This document shows, in pieces, positions 49,199-58,337 of a DNA stretch of 64,000 bases (the first letter of the stretch is position 1; every line of letters begins with the position of its first letter). Under the pieces are notes generated by a model that was not told where the DNA came from, did no database searches, and saw only the letters and a program-made list of their open reading frames with translations. Both the position numbers and the translations under genes were made by a program. The stretch comes from Clostridiales bacterium (lineage in GTDB: Bacteria > Bacillota > Clostridia > Oscillospirales > CAG-272), in contig DULN01000002.1 of the NCBI GenBank assembly GCA_012840355.1, positions 114,529 through 178,528 on the forward strand. Reading direction: 5' to 3'.

Positions 49199-49903
49199 AT
49201 GCCGCTGAAAAAACAGCTTATAATACGCGCATTGATTTTGGTTGTGGCGATTCCGCTTGCAAACAGTTTCGGCTTGCGCCTTTTATATTCATATGAAATC
49301 GCCGGGAATATCGCATATGAAAACATCGAGCCCATAATATCCGGCGCGATTCCGCTTTTTGAGGCTGTGTCGGTTTTTTCTGGGTTTGGGCTTTTTTTGC
49401 GCGCTTATTTTGAGCTTGGATGGCGGGGCGCCGGCCCGATATTGGCGCTTGACGTGCTCTCGGCGCTGGTTCCATATTGCGCTGGGATGGTCCTACTAAT
49501 ACTTACTACCGGCATGCCCGATGAGAGCTTACCGTATGCCGCAGCGTATGCGGCGGCAAATTTTCTCGCCGATATTGCCACTTTAGCGGTGGTGGTGGCG
49601 GCGGCGGCAGCTATATCTAATTCCGCAAAAAAACGCGGCGGGGCAAGCAGCGCAAAGCTTTTCCGCCAGGGGTGCGTTATGGCTGCAGTGGTATTTGCAG
49701 TCGCAGGCTTAATTCTGCGGGCGGCGGAGACAGCGATTGATATAATCGAGTTTGGCGCGCCTGTTGAGATAGGCGATTTTGTTTATCTTGCGGTCCCTTA
49801 CATGCGGGTTTTATCTTACTCGATGCTCGGCATGTTTGTTGCGTTTTTTGCCGGCAGTCCGGGGCTTGAGAGCGGCTCGGCCCTCAGGGTCGGCCAAAAT
49901 TGA
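49199..49903 (+). CDS. polytopic membrane protein of unknown function
   Basis: 234 aa with 5-6 hydrophobic segments. It starts 26 nt downstream of lexA with no intervening terminator. Confidence 0.6.
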   Translation: MPLKKQLIIRALILVVAIPLANSFGLRLLYSYEIAGNIAYENIEPIISGAIPLFEAVSVFSGFGLFLRAYFELGWRGAGPILALDVLSALVPYCAGMVLLILTTGMPDESLPYAAAYAAANFLADIATLAVVVAAAAAISNSAKKRGGASSAKLFRQGCVMAAVVFAVAGLILRAAETAIDIIEFGAPVEIGDFVYLAVPYMRVLSYSMLGMFVAFFAGSPGLESGSALRVGQN

Positions 49904-49980
49904 TGTGTCAGTTTGGCTGAAAAATAGGCTAGCCGCAGGGCTTTTTTGCGGCGGCATCATTTATATAGAGGGGCAGAAAG

Positions 49981-51102
49981 ATGACGATCGAGAAGCTTCG
50001 CGTGATGGTTGAAAACGGTAGCCTTCCGGCTGTAAATCGCACTCATTATATCAACAACCACATACATACCACACATTCGTTCTCGCCCTACACTCCGGCG
50101 GGCGCGGTTTACACGGCTTGGGCGAATGGGCTCGCCACAGCTGGGATAATGGACCACGACACGACCTCGGGCGCAAGGGAGTTCCTTGAGGCGGGGAAAC
50201 TGCTCGATTTGCCGGTGACGGTGGGCGTCGAATGCAGGGTGGACATGTCGCGTACGCCGTTTGTCGGCCGGCGGATAAACAATCCCGACCAGGACTCGTG
50301 CGCGTATGTCGCTATGCACTGCATCCCGCACCAGTATATAGTGGCGGTTGACAATTGGTTTGCGCCATATCGCGAGGCGCGCAACCGGCGCAACCGAAAA
50401 ATGTGCGAAAACATTAATAAAATCGTGCCGGATTATCTTGCCATCGATTTTGACCGCGATGTTTTGCCGCTTGCGGTGAGCACCGTGACCGAGCGGCATA
50501 TACTGTTCGCGCTGACAAAAAAGATTACCGCGGTGTATAAGACGCCTGAAGAAGCGCTGCACTGCCTTAAAAATGTGCTCGAAATCGACGTCCCGGCGCG
50601 CGTCGAGCGCAACATTTTGGGCGGGCATGACACCCCTCAATATTACGAGTATGATATTCTCGGTGCGCTTAAGGGGAATTTTGTAGAAAAATTTTACGTA
50701 AATGCCACCGACGAGATGCCCGATGTCTCCGAGTTTATAGAAATGGTCCACCGTTATGACGGGCTTGCCGCATACGCATATCTCGGCGATGTCGGCGACT
50801 CGGTGACAGGCGACAAAAAGACGCAAAAGTTTGAAGACGATTACCTTGACGACCTGATGAGGGTGCTAAAAGAGCTGGGTTTCGACGCGGTGACATATAT
50901 GCCGACGCGCAACACTGAGGCACAGCTTGACAGGGTAATGGCGCTTTGCGAAGAATACGGATTTATGCAAATCAGCGGCGAGGACATAAACTCGCCAAGG
51001 CAGTCTTTTATTTGCAAGGCTTACGACAAGCCTAAGTTCAAACACTTAATCGACGCCGCATTCGCGCTTATTGAGCGCGAAAGCAGGCTTAGCACCGAGT
51101 AA
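49981..51102 (+). CDS. PHP-domain metal-dependent phosphoesterase
   Basis: The N-terminal INNHIHTTHSFSPYTP...GIMDHD is the PHP His/Asp motif. Confidence 0.75.
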   Translation: MTIEKLRVMVENGSLPAVNRTHYINNHIHTTHSFSPYTPAGAVYTAWANGLATAGIMDHDTTSGAREFLEAGKLLDLPVTVGVECRVDMSRTPFVGRRINNPDQDSCAYVAMHCIPHQYIVAVDNWFAPYREARNRRNRKMCENINKIVPDYLAIDFDRDVLPLAVSTVTERHILFALTKKITAVYKTPEEALHCLKNVLEIDVPARVERNILGGHDTPQYYEYDILGALKGNFVEKFYVNATDEMPDVSEFIEMVHRYDGLAAYAYLGDVGDSVTGDKKTQKFEDDYLDDLMRVLKELGFDAVTYMPTRNTEAQLDRVMALCEEYGFMQISGEDINSPRQSFICKAYDKPKFKHLIDAAFALIERESRLSTE

Positions 51103-51143
51103 AGGGTGCTATATTGCGAGAAGAAACTGGAGTTTTGTACTGC

Positions 51144-52472
51144 ATGGAGAAAATCAAAATCGGCTTTATATCGCTCGGATGCCCAAAAAACCAGGTCGAC
51201 ACCGAAGTAATGCTCTCGCTGCTCGACAAGGCTGGCTACGAGCTGACCGGCGACGAAAAAGAAGCCGATGTAATCGTAATAAACACCTGCGCGTTTATAG
51301 AGAGCGCAAAAAGGGAATCGATAGATAGCATTCTCGATGTCGCCGAGCTGAAAAAGCACGGCAATCTCAAAGGCATTGTTGTCTGCGGCTGCATGGCCCA
51401 GCGCTATGCGGACGAAATCGAGCGCGAGCTGCCCGAAGTTGACGCGATTGTCGGCACCGGCAGCATCCGCGAGATTGCAGAGGCGGTAAAAGCCGCCGCG
51501 GAGGGGAGCCGGTTCCGCTCGGTAAAACCAAATGCCGAAGCTCCGCTCGGCGGCGAGCGGATTATAACGACGCCGTCGCATTATGCATACCTAAAGATAG
51601 CTGAAGGCTGCGACAACCGCTGCACATACTGCGCGATACCGCTTATCCGAGGGCCGTTCCGCAGCCGCCCTATGGAGGAGCTTGTAGAAGAAGCAAAAAC
51701 GCTCGAGCGCTCAGGCGTGCGCGAGCTGCTTTTAGTCGCGCAGGATACCACGCGTTACGGGCTTGACCTTTACGGGGAGTATAAGCTCGTGGAGCTTGTC
51801 CGGAAAATCACAGCGGAGACCTCTATCCCGTGGATAAGGCTAATGTACTGCTATCCCGACAAGATAACCGACGAGCTTGTAGGGGAGCTAAGAGATAACG
51901 GCAGGCTGGTAAAATACATCGACCTTCCGGTCCAGCACATATCGGATAAAGTTCTGCGCGCGATGAACCGGCGCGGAGGCAGCGAAGCCGTCCGCTCGGC
52001 GATAAAAAAACTGCGCGAGAATGTGCCGGGCATAATAATCCGTTCTACGGCGATTGTAGGCTTCCCGGGAGAGTCGCGCGCTGACTTTGAAGAGCTGTGC
52101 GAGTTTATAAAAGAGGTTCGGTTCGACAGGTTCGGCGCGTTCACCTACTCGAGAGAAGAGGGTACGCCCGCATATGATATGCCCGGGCAGGTGCCGGAGA
52201 AGGAAAAGCGGCGCCGGCTCGACCGTCTTATGGAAATCCAGCTTGAGATGCATGAGGAGAAAAACCGCTCCTGGATAGGGCAAACCCTAAAGGTGCTTTG
52301 CGAAGGCTACGACGAGGATTCGGGGCTTTATTTTGGGCGAAGCTATGCCGACGCGCCCGAGATTGACGGTAAGGTATTATTTGCCGCCGACCGCAGGGTG
52401 CCAGCCGGCGAGTTTGTGGACGTCAAAATCGGCGTGGCTGAAATGTACGATTTGCGTGGCGAGATAGTTTGA
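51144..52472 (+). CDS. rimO: ribosomal protein S12 methylthiotransferase RimO
   Basis: It has the UPF0004 domain (IGFISLGCPKNQVDTE...INTCAFI), the radical-SAM motif CDNRCTYC and a TRAM C-terminus. The start was trimmed to ATG 51144. Confidence 0.9.
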   Translation: MEKIKIGFISLGCPKNQVDTEVMLSLLDKAGYELTGDEKEADVIVINTCAFIESAKRESIDSILDVAELKKHGNLKGIVVCGCMAQRYADEIERELPEVDAIVGTGSIREIAEAVKAAAEGSRFRSVKPNAEAPLGGERIITTPSHYAYLKIAEGCDNRCTYCAIPLIRGPFRSRPMEELVEEAKTLERSGVRELLLVAQDTTRYGLDLYGEYKLVELVRKITAETSIPWIRLMYCYPDKITDELVGELRDNGRLVKYIDLPVQHISDKVLRAMNRRGGSEAVRSAIKKLRENVPGIIIRSTAIVGFPGESRADFEELCEFIKEVRFDRFGAFTYSREEGTPAYDMPGQVPEKEKRRRLDRLMEIQLEMHEEKNRSWIGQTLKVLCEGYDEDSGLYFGRSYADAPEIDGKVLFAADRRVPAGEFVDVKIGVAEMYDLRGEIV

Positions 52473-52531
52473 GAAAACGGCGCCTACTACGAAAAAAGCA
52501 ATAAAAAATTAAAAGATAGGGAGATAAAAAG

Positions 52532-53671
52532 ATGAAGTATCGCGATTTTGGGAAAACGGGCGTTAAAATCTCACAGATTGGTTTCGGCTGCATGAGGCTG
52601 CCGGAAATCGATCGCGACGGGCAGCGCGTCGTCGACGAGGAAAAGGCTATCCCGATGCTCCGCCGCGGCTATGAGTTGGGCATCAACTATTTCGACACCG
52701 CTGTCGGCTACAACAACGGGCAAAGCCAGTATGTGGTAGGAAAAGCGCTTAAGCCCTTCCGCGACAAGGTGATGATCTCGACGAAGCTTCCGCTTTGGAT
52801 GGTGAACACCACGGACGATTTCAAGCGCATCCTTCACCAGTCGCTCGAACGGATCGATACCTCGTATATCGACTTTTACCATTTCCACGGCATAGGCAAA
52901 AAGGATTTTGACGAGAAGATTGTACCGCTGAAGCTGATGGACGAGGCGCGCAAGGCGATGGACGAAGGGCTCATCCGCCATATTTCGTTCTCGTTCCACG
53001 ACAAGCCAGAGAATATGGTCTATATAATCGAGCGCGGCGAGATTTTCTCGTCGGTGCTGATGCAGTATAACCTGCTTGACCGCAGCAACGAGGAAGTGCT
53101 CGCATACGCCCATGAGAAAGGGCTTGGCACGGTCATAATGGGCCCGGTCGCGGGCGGAAGGCTTGCCGCGCCATCGTACCTTTACGAAAAGCTGCTCGGC
53201 AAAAAGAGCGGCTCGACGCCCGAGCTTGCGCTCCGCTTTGTGCTCGGTAACAAAAACGTCTCCTGCGCGCTGTCCGGCATGACGACGATAGAGATGGTCG
53301 AGGAGAACTGCAAAATAGGCGACGAAGAAAACCCGATGTCCCCCGAGGACTGGGAGCGCGTCACGGTGATGATGGAGGAGATTAAGAAGTTCTCCGACCT
53401 TTACTGCACCGGCTGCGGATACTGCATGCCTTGCCCGAAGGGCATAGACATACCCTATGTTTTCAACTGCTATACATACTTCAATGTCTACGGCCTCAAA
53501 GACCACGCGCGGCATATGTACTCTCGCGTCGGAAGAGCGGAACACGGAGTTGGGAAGCCTGTAGCCGATTGCGTCGAATGCAGGGCGTGCGAGAAAAAGT
53601 GCCCTCAGAAAATCGAGATTCCAAAGCGGCTTAGGGAAGTCCACGAGGCGCTCACCGCCGAAAAAATATAA
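52532..53671 (+). CDS. aldo/keto reductase with a C-terminal 4Fe-4S ferredoxin-like domain
   Basis: The AKR N-terminus reads MKYRDFGKTGVKISQIGFGCMRL...NYFDTAVGY. The C-terminus carries the Cys clusters CTGCGYCMPCP and CVECRACEKKCP. Confidence 0.85.
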   Translation: MKYRDFGKTGVKISQIGFGCMRLPEIDRDGQRVVDEEKAIPMLRRGYELGINYFDTAVGYNNGQSQYVVGKALKPFRDKVMISTKLPLWMVNTTDDFKRILHQSLERIDTSYIDFYHFHGIGKKDFDEKIVPLKLMDEARKAMDEGLIRHISFSFHDKPENMVYIIERGEIFSSVLMQYNLLDRSNEEVLAYAHEKGLGTVIMGPVAGGRLAAPSYLYEKLLGKKSGSTPELALRFVLGNKNVSCALSGMTTIEMVEENCKIGDEENPMSPEDWERVTVMMEEIKKFSDLYCTGCGYCMPCPKGIDIPYVFNCYTYFNVYGLKDHARHMYSRVGRAEHGVGKPVADCVECRACEKKCPQKIEIPKRLREVHEALTAEKI

Positions 53672-53682
53672 AAAAGCAAAAA

Positions 53683-53717
53683 CTCCGCCGATATTTTTCG
53701 GCGGAGCTTTCTTTTTA
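53683..53717. terminator. bidirectional terminator
   Basis: CTCCGCCG (53683-53690) pairs with CGGCGGAG (53699-53706), followed by CTTTCTTTTT. An A-run lies upstream. Confidence 0.85.
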
Positions 53718-54140
53718 TCGCCATCCGGCAGCAAGCCTATAAATCCATACCGCAACAAATACGCCGCAAAGCGCAAGGAGGATTGCGCCCGCGCACTTTT
53801 TTACCGGCGGCTTTTTCGAGAGGGAGTACACTGCGACGCCGGCTACTAAAAACGGAGCCAGCGGGAAGAGCGGGTGATAATAAAAGGCGCGTTCAAAGTT
53901 CCCCCGTGCGGCGAAAATAAGCGCGCGGGTCATCCCGCAGCCGGGGCAGGGGATACCGAATATCGTTTTGACGGGGCAAATCGAGCCGAAAAGCAAAGTC
54001 GCAACGAAAAGCCCTGTACAAATCGCAAAAAGCAGGGCAAAAACCCTAAGAAAGCTTTTAAGCTTAGGGTAAACCTTCAAAAGCACAGGCTTTATAGTTT
54101 TGCTCAGCGCGTGCTTTAGATTGACAGGTAACAGTTTCAT
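53715..54140 (-). CDS. DUF2752-family membrane protein
   Basis: CPVKTIFGIPCPGCGMTRA is the hallmark motif. An ATGA overlap links it to the prmC stop. Confidence 0.8.
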   Translation of the reverse strand: MKLLPVNLKHALSKTIKPVLLKVYPKLKSFLRVFALLFAICTGLFVATLLFGSICPVKTIFGIPCPGCGMTRALIFAARGNFERAFYYHPLFPLAPFLVAGVAVYSLSKKPPVKKCAGAILLALCGVFVAVWIYRLAAGWR

Positions 54141-54898
54141 GGCAAAACGAGCTCGGCGACCCGGTCGTTGCCGCCATAGTCGCGGTGTATTTTGCAGATG
54201 TAGCCGTACTCTTCGGCGAGCGCGTGCACAGCGCCGGATTGGTCGTAGCCAATCTCAAGCAGCATAACGCCGCCGGGAGCAAGCTTTTTTCGGTAATCCT
54301 TTAAAATCGTGCGGTGAAAGTCAAGCCCGTCGGGACCGCCGTCAAGCGCGAGCATTGGCTCAAGCCGGACCGACCTATCAAGCGTCGGCAAAACGCCCGT
54401 CGCTATGTAGGGCGGGTTTGATGCGATAATGTCAAATCCCCCGTCGGGCAACGAGCCGATAAACCCGGAGTCGCGCATGTCGGCAAGCATAAAGCTTACA
54501 CGATCTGCAACGCCGTTATGCAGCGCGTTTTTTTCGGCAAGCTCAAGGGCGCCGGGCGATATGTCGACCGCAGTGACGGCAAGATCGGAGCAGTGAGCAG
54601 CCGTTGATATAGCGATGCAGCCGCTGCCGGTGCCAAGGTCGAGCATGCGCATTTTGCTGCTGCCCACAAATTTTACCGCAAGCTCTACAAGCCGCTCGGT
54701 ATCGGGGCGGGGGATAAGGCAGTCGGGCGAAACGTGATAGGTTTCGTCATAAAAATAGGCTATGCCGGTTATATACTGCACTGGTTCGCCCGCGGCAAGC
54801 CGGCGGAAGGCCTCGTCAATCTCCGGCCCTTCGGGGAAGCGCTCGCGTAAAAGCCGCTCGGCAAGGCTCATGGGTTTTTTGAGGTTTTTGCTATGCAT
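54137..54898 (-). CDS. prmC: peptide chain release factor N5-glutamine methyltransferase PrmC (HemK)
   Basis: Motifs PVQYITG, LIPRPDTE, DLGTGSGCIA and NPPYI. The start is uncertain: 54898 overlaps the upstream stop, and 54934 and 54871 are alternatives. Confidence 0.85.
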   Translation of the reverse strand: MHSKNLKKPMSLAERLLRERFPEGPEIDEAFRRLAAGEPVQYITGIAYFYDETYHVSPDCLIPRPDTERLVELAVKFVGSSKMRMLDLGTGSGCIAISTAAHCSDLAVTAVDISPGALELAEKNALHNGVADRVSFMLADMRDSGFIGSLPDGGFDIIASNPPYIATGVLPTLDRSVRLEPMLALDGGPDGLDFHRTILKDYRKKLAPGGVMLLEIGYDQSGAVHALAEEYGYICKIHRDYGGNDRVAELVLP

Positions 54899-55928
54899 TT
54901 GCGGTATCAGAATTTGCCTTTCCGTTTTCGGCAAATACCTGGTTTACGGTTTTAATTTTCTTTTCAGGACTAAAACCTGGAAACTCCTCGGGCAACGCCG
55001 ACTTTAGCGCAGCTATCGCAACCTCGATTTGCCGTTCATCAGGCTCGCGCGTGGTCAGCCGCTGCATCCAAAGTCCCGGCGCAGAAAGCGCTCGGACTAG
55101 CGCGTTGTCGTGCCTGCCGGCGTATCTTATAAACTCGTAGCCGAGCGCGACGAGAAGCGGTAAAAAGATAAGCTTTGTCAGCATGCGCAAGAGCATGTTG
55201 TCCCAGGTGAAAATGGGGAGCGAGTAAAGCAGCACGCTTATAAGCAGCATGACGATGAGAAACGATGTCCCGCAGCGCGGGTGAAAGCGCGAGTACTTTT
55301 TGACGTTTTCTATAGTCAGTTCCTCGCCGCTCTCGTAACAAAAAATCGACTTGTGTTCGGCGCCATGGTACTCGAATGTGCGCCGGATGTCGGGTATAAG
55401 CGAAACCAGCGCGATGTACCCGACAAAAATGCCGATTTTTATAACCCCTTCGATAAGGTTGCGGGCTAGCCCAAGCGAGCCGCCGGATAAAATGTCAATG
55501 CCCTTGGTGACAAGGCTCGGCAAAAAGAAAAACAGACCAAGCCCAAGCCCGACGCCGAGAATCGTGCTTATAACCATTATTACGTCAACGATGCCCCGGC
55601 CGAATTTCTCGCGCAGCCATTTTTCAAATTTGGTTTCGGACGCTTCATCTTCGACGCCGGTGGCGCGCGCCGATATTTCGAGCGTTTTGTAGCTTAAGGC
55701 TAGCATCTCTCCGAAATTTACGACGCCACGGATGAGCGGCCAGCCGAGGATTTTGTATTTGTTTTTCAGCGGCACAAGGCGCTCGCTTGTGATGTCGATA
55801 TCGCCGTCCTCAAGCCTGACCGCCACAGAGTAGCGGTCTTTGCTTTTCATCATAACGCCTTCGAGTACCGCTTGCCCGCCTACTGTTCCAATGCGGCGGG
55901 ATTTAGGGTCTTGCGGTTTATTTTTCAT
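54891..55928 (-). CDS. DUF1385 (YqhQ-like) membrane protein
   Basis: IGTVGGQAVLEGVMMKS...YHGAEHK...HPRCGTSF is the family signature, and its association with prmC is typical. Confidence 0.85.
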   Translation of the reverse strand: MKNKPQDPKSRRIGTVGGQAVLEGVMMKSKDRYSVAVRLEDGDIDITSERLVPLKNKYKILGWPLIRGVVNFGEMLALSYKTLEISARATGVEDEASETKFEKWLREKFGRGIVDVIMVISTILGVGLGLGLFFFLPSLVTKGIDILSGGSLGLARNLIEGVIKIGIFVGYIALVSLIPDIRRTFEYHGAEHKSIFCYESGEELTIENVKKYSRFHPRCGTSFLIVMLLISVLLYSLPIFTWDNMLLRMLTKLIFLPLLVALGYEFIRYAGRHDNALVRALSAPGLWMQRLTTREPDERQIEVAIAALKSALPEEFPGFSPEKKIKTVNQVFAENGKANSDTANA

Positions 55929-56086
55929 ATTGAAAATACCTAAATTCAGCTTTTTGCAATATTATATCATTAAAGCCGGTATAAATATATAATTAAATGT
56001 TAATATTTTTGTCGGAAACTTTTTTCACGCTTCTTAGAGTCCCGAAGTGCGCCGTTTGCCGGCTGGCGGAAACAAAAGAAAAATAC

Positions 56087-56116
56087 TTGACAAAAGCGGC
56101 GATTTGTGTTTATAAT
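56087..56116 (+). promoter_or_regulatory. sigmaA promoter for the rpmH operon
   Basis: TTGACA (56087-56092), an 18-nt spacer, then TATAAT (56111-56116). Confidence 0.7.
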
Positions 56117-56189
56117 ATAGGGTAACGTCCTAAATATAGCATCAGCTAAAGTGTGCGCCATAAACCCAAGTAAAGGAGTGATGACTGCG

Positions 56190-56324
56190 ATGCTCAGAAC
56201 ATATCAGCCAAAGAAGCGCCAGCGCAAAAAAGAGCACGGCTTCCGCAAGAGAATGTCAACAAGAAGCGGCCGAAAGGTGCTCAAGAGAAGACGCGCAAAA
56301 GGTCGCGCAAGGCTTTGCTACTGA
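56190..56324 (+). CDS. rpmH: 50S ribosomal protein L34
   Basis: 44 aa, [44 protein letters not shown]. It falls below the ORF-track length cutoff. An AAGGAG SD lies 11 nt upstream. Confidence 0.95.
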   Translation: MLRTYQPKKRQRKKEHGFRKRMSTRSGRKVLKRRRAKGRARLCY

Positions 56325-56325
56325 T

Positions 56326-56739
56326 TTGAAACACATATCGATTAACGAAAACCACCTTTATTCAAAGGTCTACGCCAAGGGGAAAAAATTCGTTACCCCG
56401 ACGGTAGTTGTCTACGTTTTGACAGACTATTGCGCCGCGCGCTTCAGGAAACAGAACCCCGAAAAGAAATTCATAAACCGCATCGGCTTGACCGTTACAA
56501 AGCGCAATGGCGGCGCCGTGGTGCGAAACCGCTGCAAGCGGGTGCTGCGCGAGGCATTGCGCAGCGTCGAGGCGAAGTACGAGCTTCGGGGAGGGAATCT
56601 GATTGTTCTTGTGGCGCGCGACGCTACCGCATATGCAAAATCCCACGAGGTCGAAAAGGACCTAGCGCGCGCCTTCATGAAGCTTGGCATGCTTTCCGGC
56701 ACAAAGCAAAAAGAGGAGCCTAATGAAAAACTATCCTAA
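56326..56739 (+). CDS. rnpA: ribonuclease P protein component
   Basis: F..V...G......VV.Y....IGLTVTKR.GGAVVRNR.KR.LRE is the RnpA pattern. TTG start 1 nt after the rpmH stop. Confidence 0.9.
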   Translation: MKHISINENHLYSKVYAKGKKFVTPTVVVYVLTDYCAARFRKQNPEKKFINRIGLTVTKRNGGAVVRNRCKRVLREALRSVEAKYELRGGNLIVLVARDATAYAKSHEVEKDLARAFMKLGMLSGTKQKEEPNEKLS

Positions 56740-57013
56740 ACAGTTTGTGCTGGCGGCTATTCGGTTTTATCAGCGATATCTCTCCCCGCTCAAACGCATG
56801 CGAACCTGTAAATATTATCCCACCTGCTCAGAATATGCCGCCCAGGCGGTGAGCGAGTGGGGCGTTTTTGTAGGTGGAGCGCTCGCGATTTGGAGGATAC
56901 TCCGCTGCAACCCTTTCTCGCGCGGCGGGATAGATTATGTGCCGCGCCGCCCAAGGAAAGGCGAATCGCCGGCAATCGGCGGTGCCATTCGGATTTATTA
57001 CTATCAGCGCTGA
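56723..57013 (+). CDS. yidD: membrane protein insertion efficiency factor YidD
   Basis: AIRFYQRYLSPLKRMRTCKYYPTCSEYAAQAV...RILRCNPFSRGGIDYVP. ATG 56723 lies after GAGGAG and overlaps the rnpA end. Confidence 0.9.
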   Translation: MKNYPKQFVLAAIRFYQRYLSPLKRMRTCKYYPTCSEYAAQAVSEWGVFVGGALAIWRILRCNPFSRGGIDYVPRRPRKGESPAIGGAIRIYYYQR

Positions 57014-57097
57014 TTTGTCGGCAACCGGAATTTTTAGTAGGCTGTCGTTAAATTTAAAAGCCAGCTTTTTATCGGCTTAAGGATACGAAAAACGAAG

Positions 57098-58276
57098 ATG
57101 GGCAATTTTTTTGACTTCATAAACGTACCTCTAGGTTATCTTATACGTTTTTGCTATTTTTTGATACCGAACTACCTTTTGGCGCTCTTCCTTTTTGCGC
57201 TTATAATAAAAGTTATACTGTTCCCGCTCGGTATCAAGCAGCAAAAAAGCGTTGTAAAACAGGCGGAGCTCCGGCCGAAGGAAGCAGCGATACGTAAACG
57301 CTATGCCGGCCGGACCGATAGGGTTACGCAGCAGAAAATAAACGAAGAAATAATGAAGCTGTATCAGGACGAAAACTACAACCCGATGAGCGGGTGCCTG
57401 CCGCTTCTGGTGCAGCTTCCTATAATAATGGCGCTTTATACGGTTATAAACAACCCGCTAAAGTACCTCTGCAGCCTGTCGGCAGAAGTGATTTCAGCGA
57501 TTAGCGCTCGGGTTACCGAGCTTTATAACGCCTCGGCGCTCTCGCTGGCCGGAGTTACCGAAAGCGTGGTAAAAGCTCTTGAAGCTGGAAGGCCGCTTAC
57601 ACAGATAAACATCGTAACGCTGATGCACGGCTCCAACTTCCCGCTGTTTGCTGACCTTTTGCCAGCCGGGTTCTCGGAGTCGCAGCTTCCGGACTTTACG
57701 GTTTTCGGCGGGCTTTTAAACCTAGCCGACGTGCCGAAAGTGGAACTCTCATGGCTCACCCTTGTGCCGGTGCTGACGTTTGTCATCTCGTTTGCCAGCA
57801 TGAAGCTGATGCGCAAGATGACATACACGCCGGGTATGGACGACCCGAACACACGCACGTCGATTCAGATTATGGATTTAACGATGCCGCTGTTTAGCGT
57901 GTGGATTGCGTTTACGGTCCCCGCACTCATCGGCATCTACTGGATTTACCAGAACATCCTTAGCACGCTGCAGCAGTTTATACTCATGAAAATGTATCCG
58001 CTTCCGGTGTTTACGGAAGAGGATTATAAGAGAATAGAAAAAGAGATGAACGGCACCATTCGCCGTGAGAAGAAAAAGCGCTCGCTCCACCGCATAGACG
58101 AAGAAGACGACGAGGACGAGGCAGACGAAGCCGAGCAGCCTGAAAATAAAGCTGCCGGCGGCATGGCTGCCCAGCTGATAGATAGGGGAGAGCTGAAAGA
58201 CGAGCGCGACAAAGATGCCGGTAAAGAAAAAGGCGCCGGAAAACCGGGCAAAAAGAAAGCGACGGAAAGCAAATAA
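57098..58276 (+). CDS. yidC: membrane protein insertase YidC/OxaA with a long charged C-terminal tail
   Basis: Motifs PL..KQ.KS, MSGCLPLLVQLPI and IYWIYQNILS. The tail is rich in K, E and D. Confidence 0.9.
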   Translation: MGNFFDFINVPLGYLIRFCYFLIPNYLLALFLFALIIKVILFPLGIKQQKSVVKQAELRPKEAAIRKRYAGRTDRVTQQKINEEIMKLYQDENYNPMSGCLPLLVQLPIIMALYTVINNPLKYLCSLSAEVISAISARVTELYNASALSLAGVTESVVKALEAGRPLTQINIVTLMHGSNFPLFADLLPAGFSESQLPDFTVFGGLLNLADVPKVELSWLTLVPVLTFVISFASMKLMRKMTYTPGMDDPNTRTSIQIMDLTMPLFSVWIAFTVPALIGIYWIYQNILSTLQQFILMKMYPLPVFTEEDYKRIEKEMNGTIRREKKKRSLHRIDEEDDEDEADEAEQPENKAAGGMAAQLIDRGELKDERDKDAGKEKGAGKPGKKKATESK

Positions 58277-58337
58277 CGGGCAATCGGCGCCTATAACAGA
58301 GAGAGGATAAAGCTAAGAAAGATTCAAGGAGAGCCCT

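Noticed and set aside
49957-50826. 289-aa ORF antisense to the PHP-domain gene
   Set aside because: The sense ORF carries the PHP His/Asp motifs. The antisense ORF has no SD and is compositionally aberrant.
52571-53776. 401-aa ORF antisense to the Fe-S aldo/keto reductase
   Set aside because: The sense-strand protein has clear AKR and ferredoxin motifs. The antisense product is Arg/Leu/His-rich with no motif and would run through the bidirectional terminator.
55929-56189. AT-rich spacer upstream of rpmH as a possible oriC
   Set aside because: No DnaA-box (TTATCCACA or near variants) clusters were seen and no dnaA is adjacent. The AT-richness is explained by divergent promoter regions.
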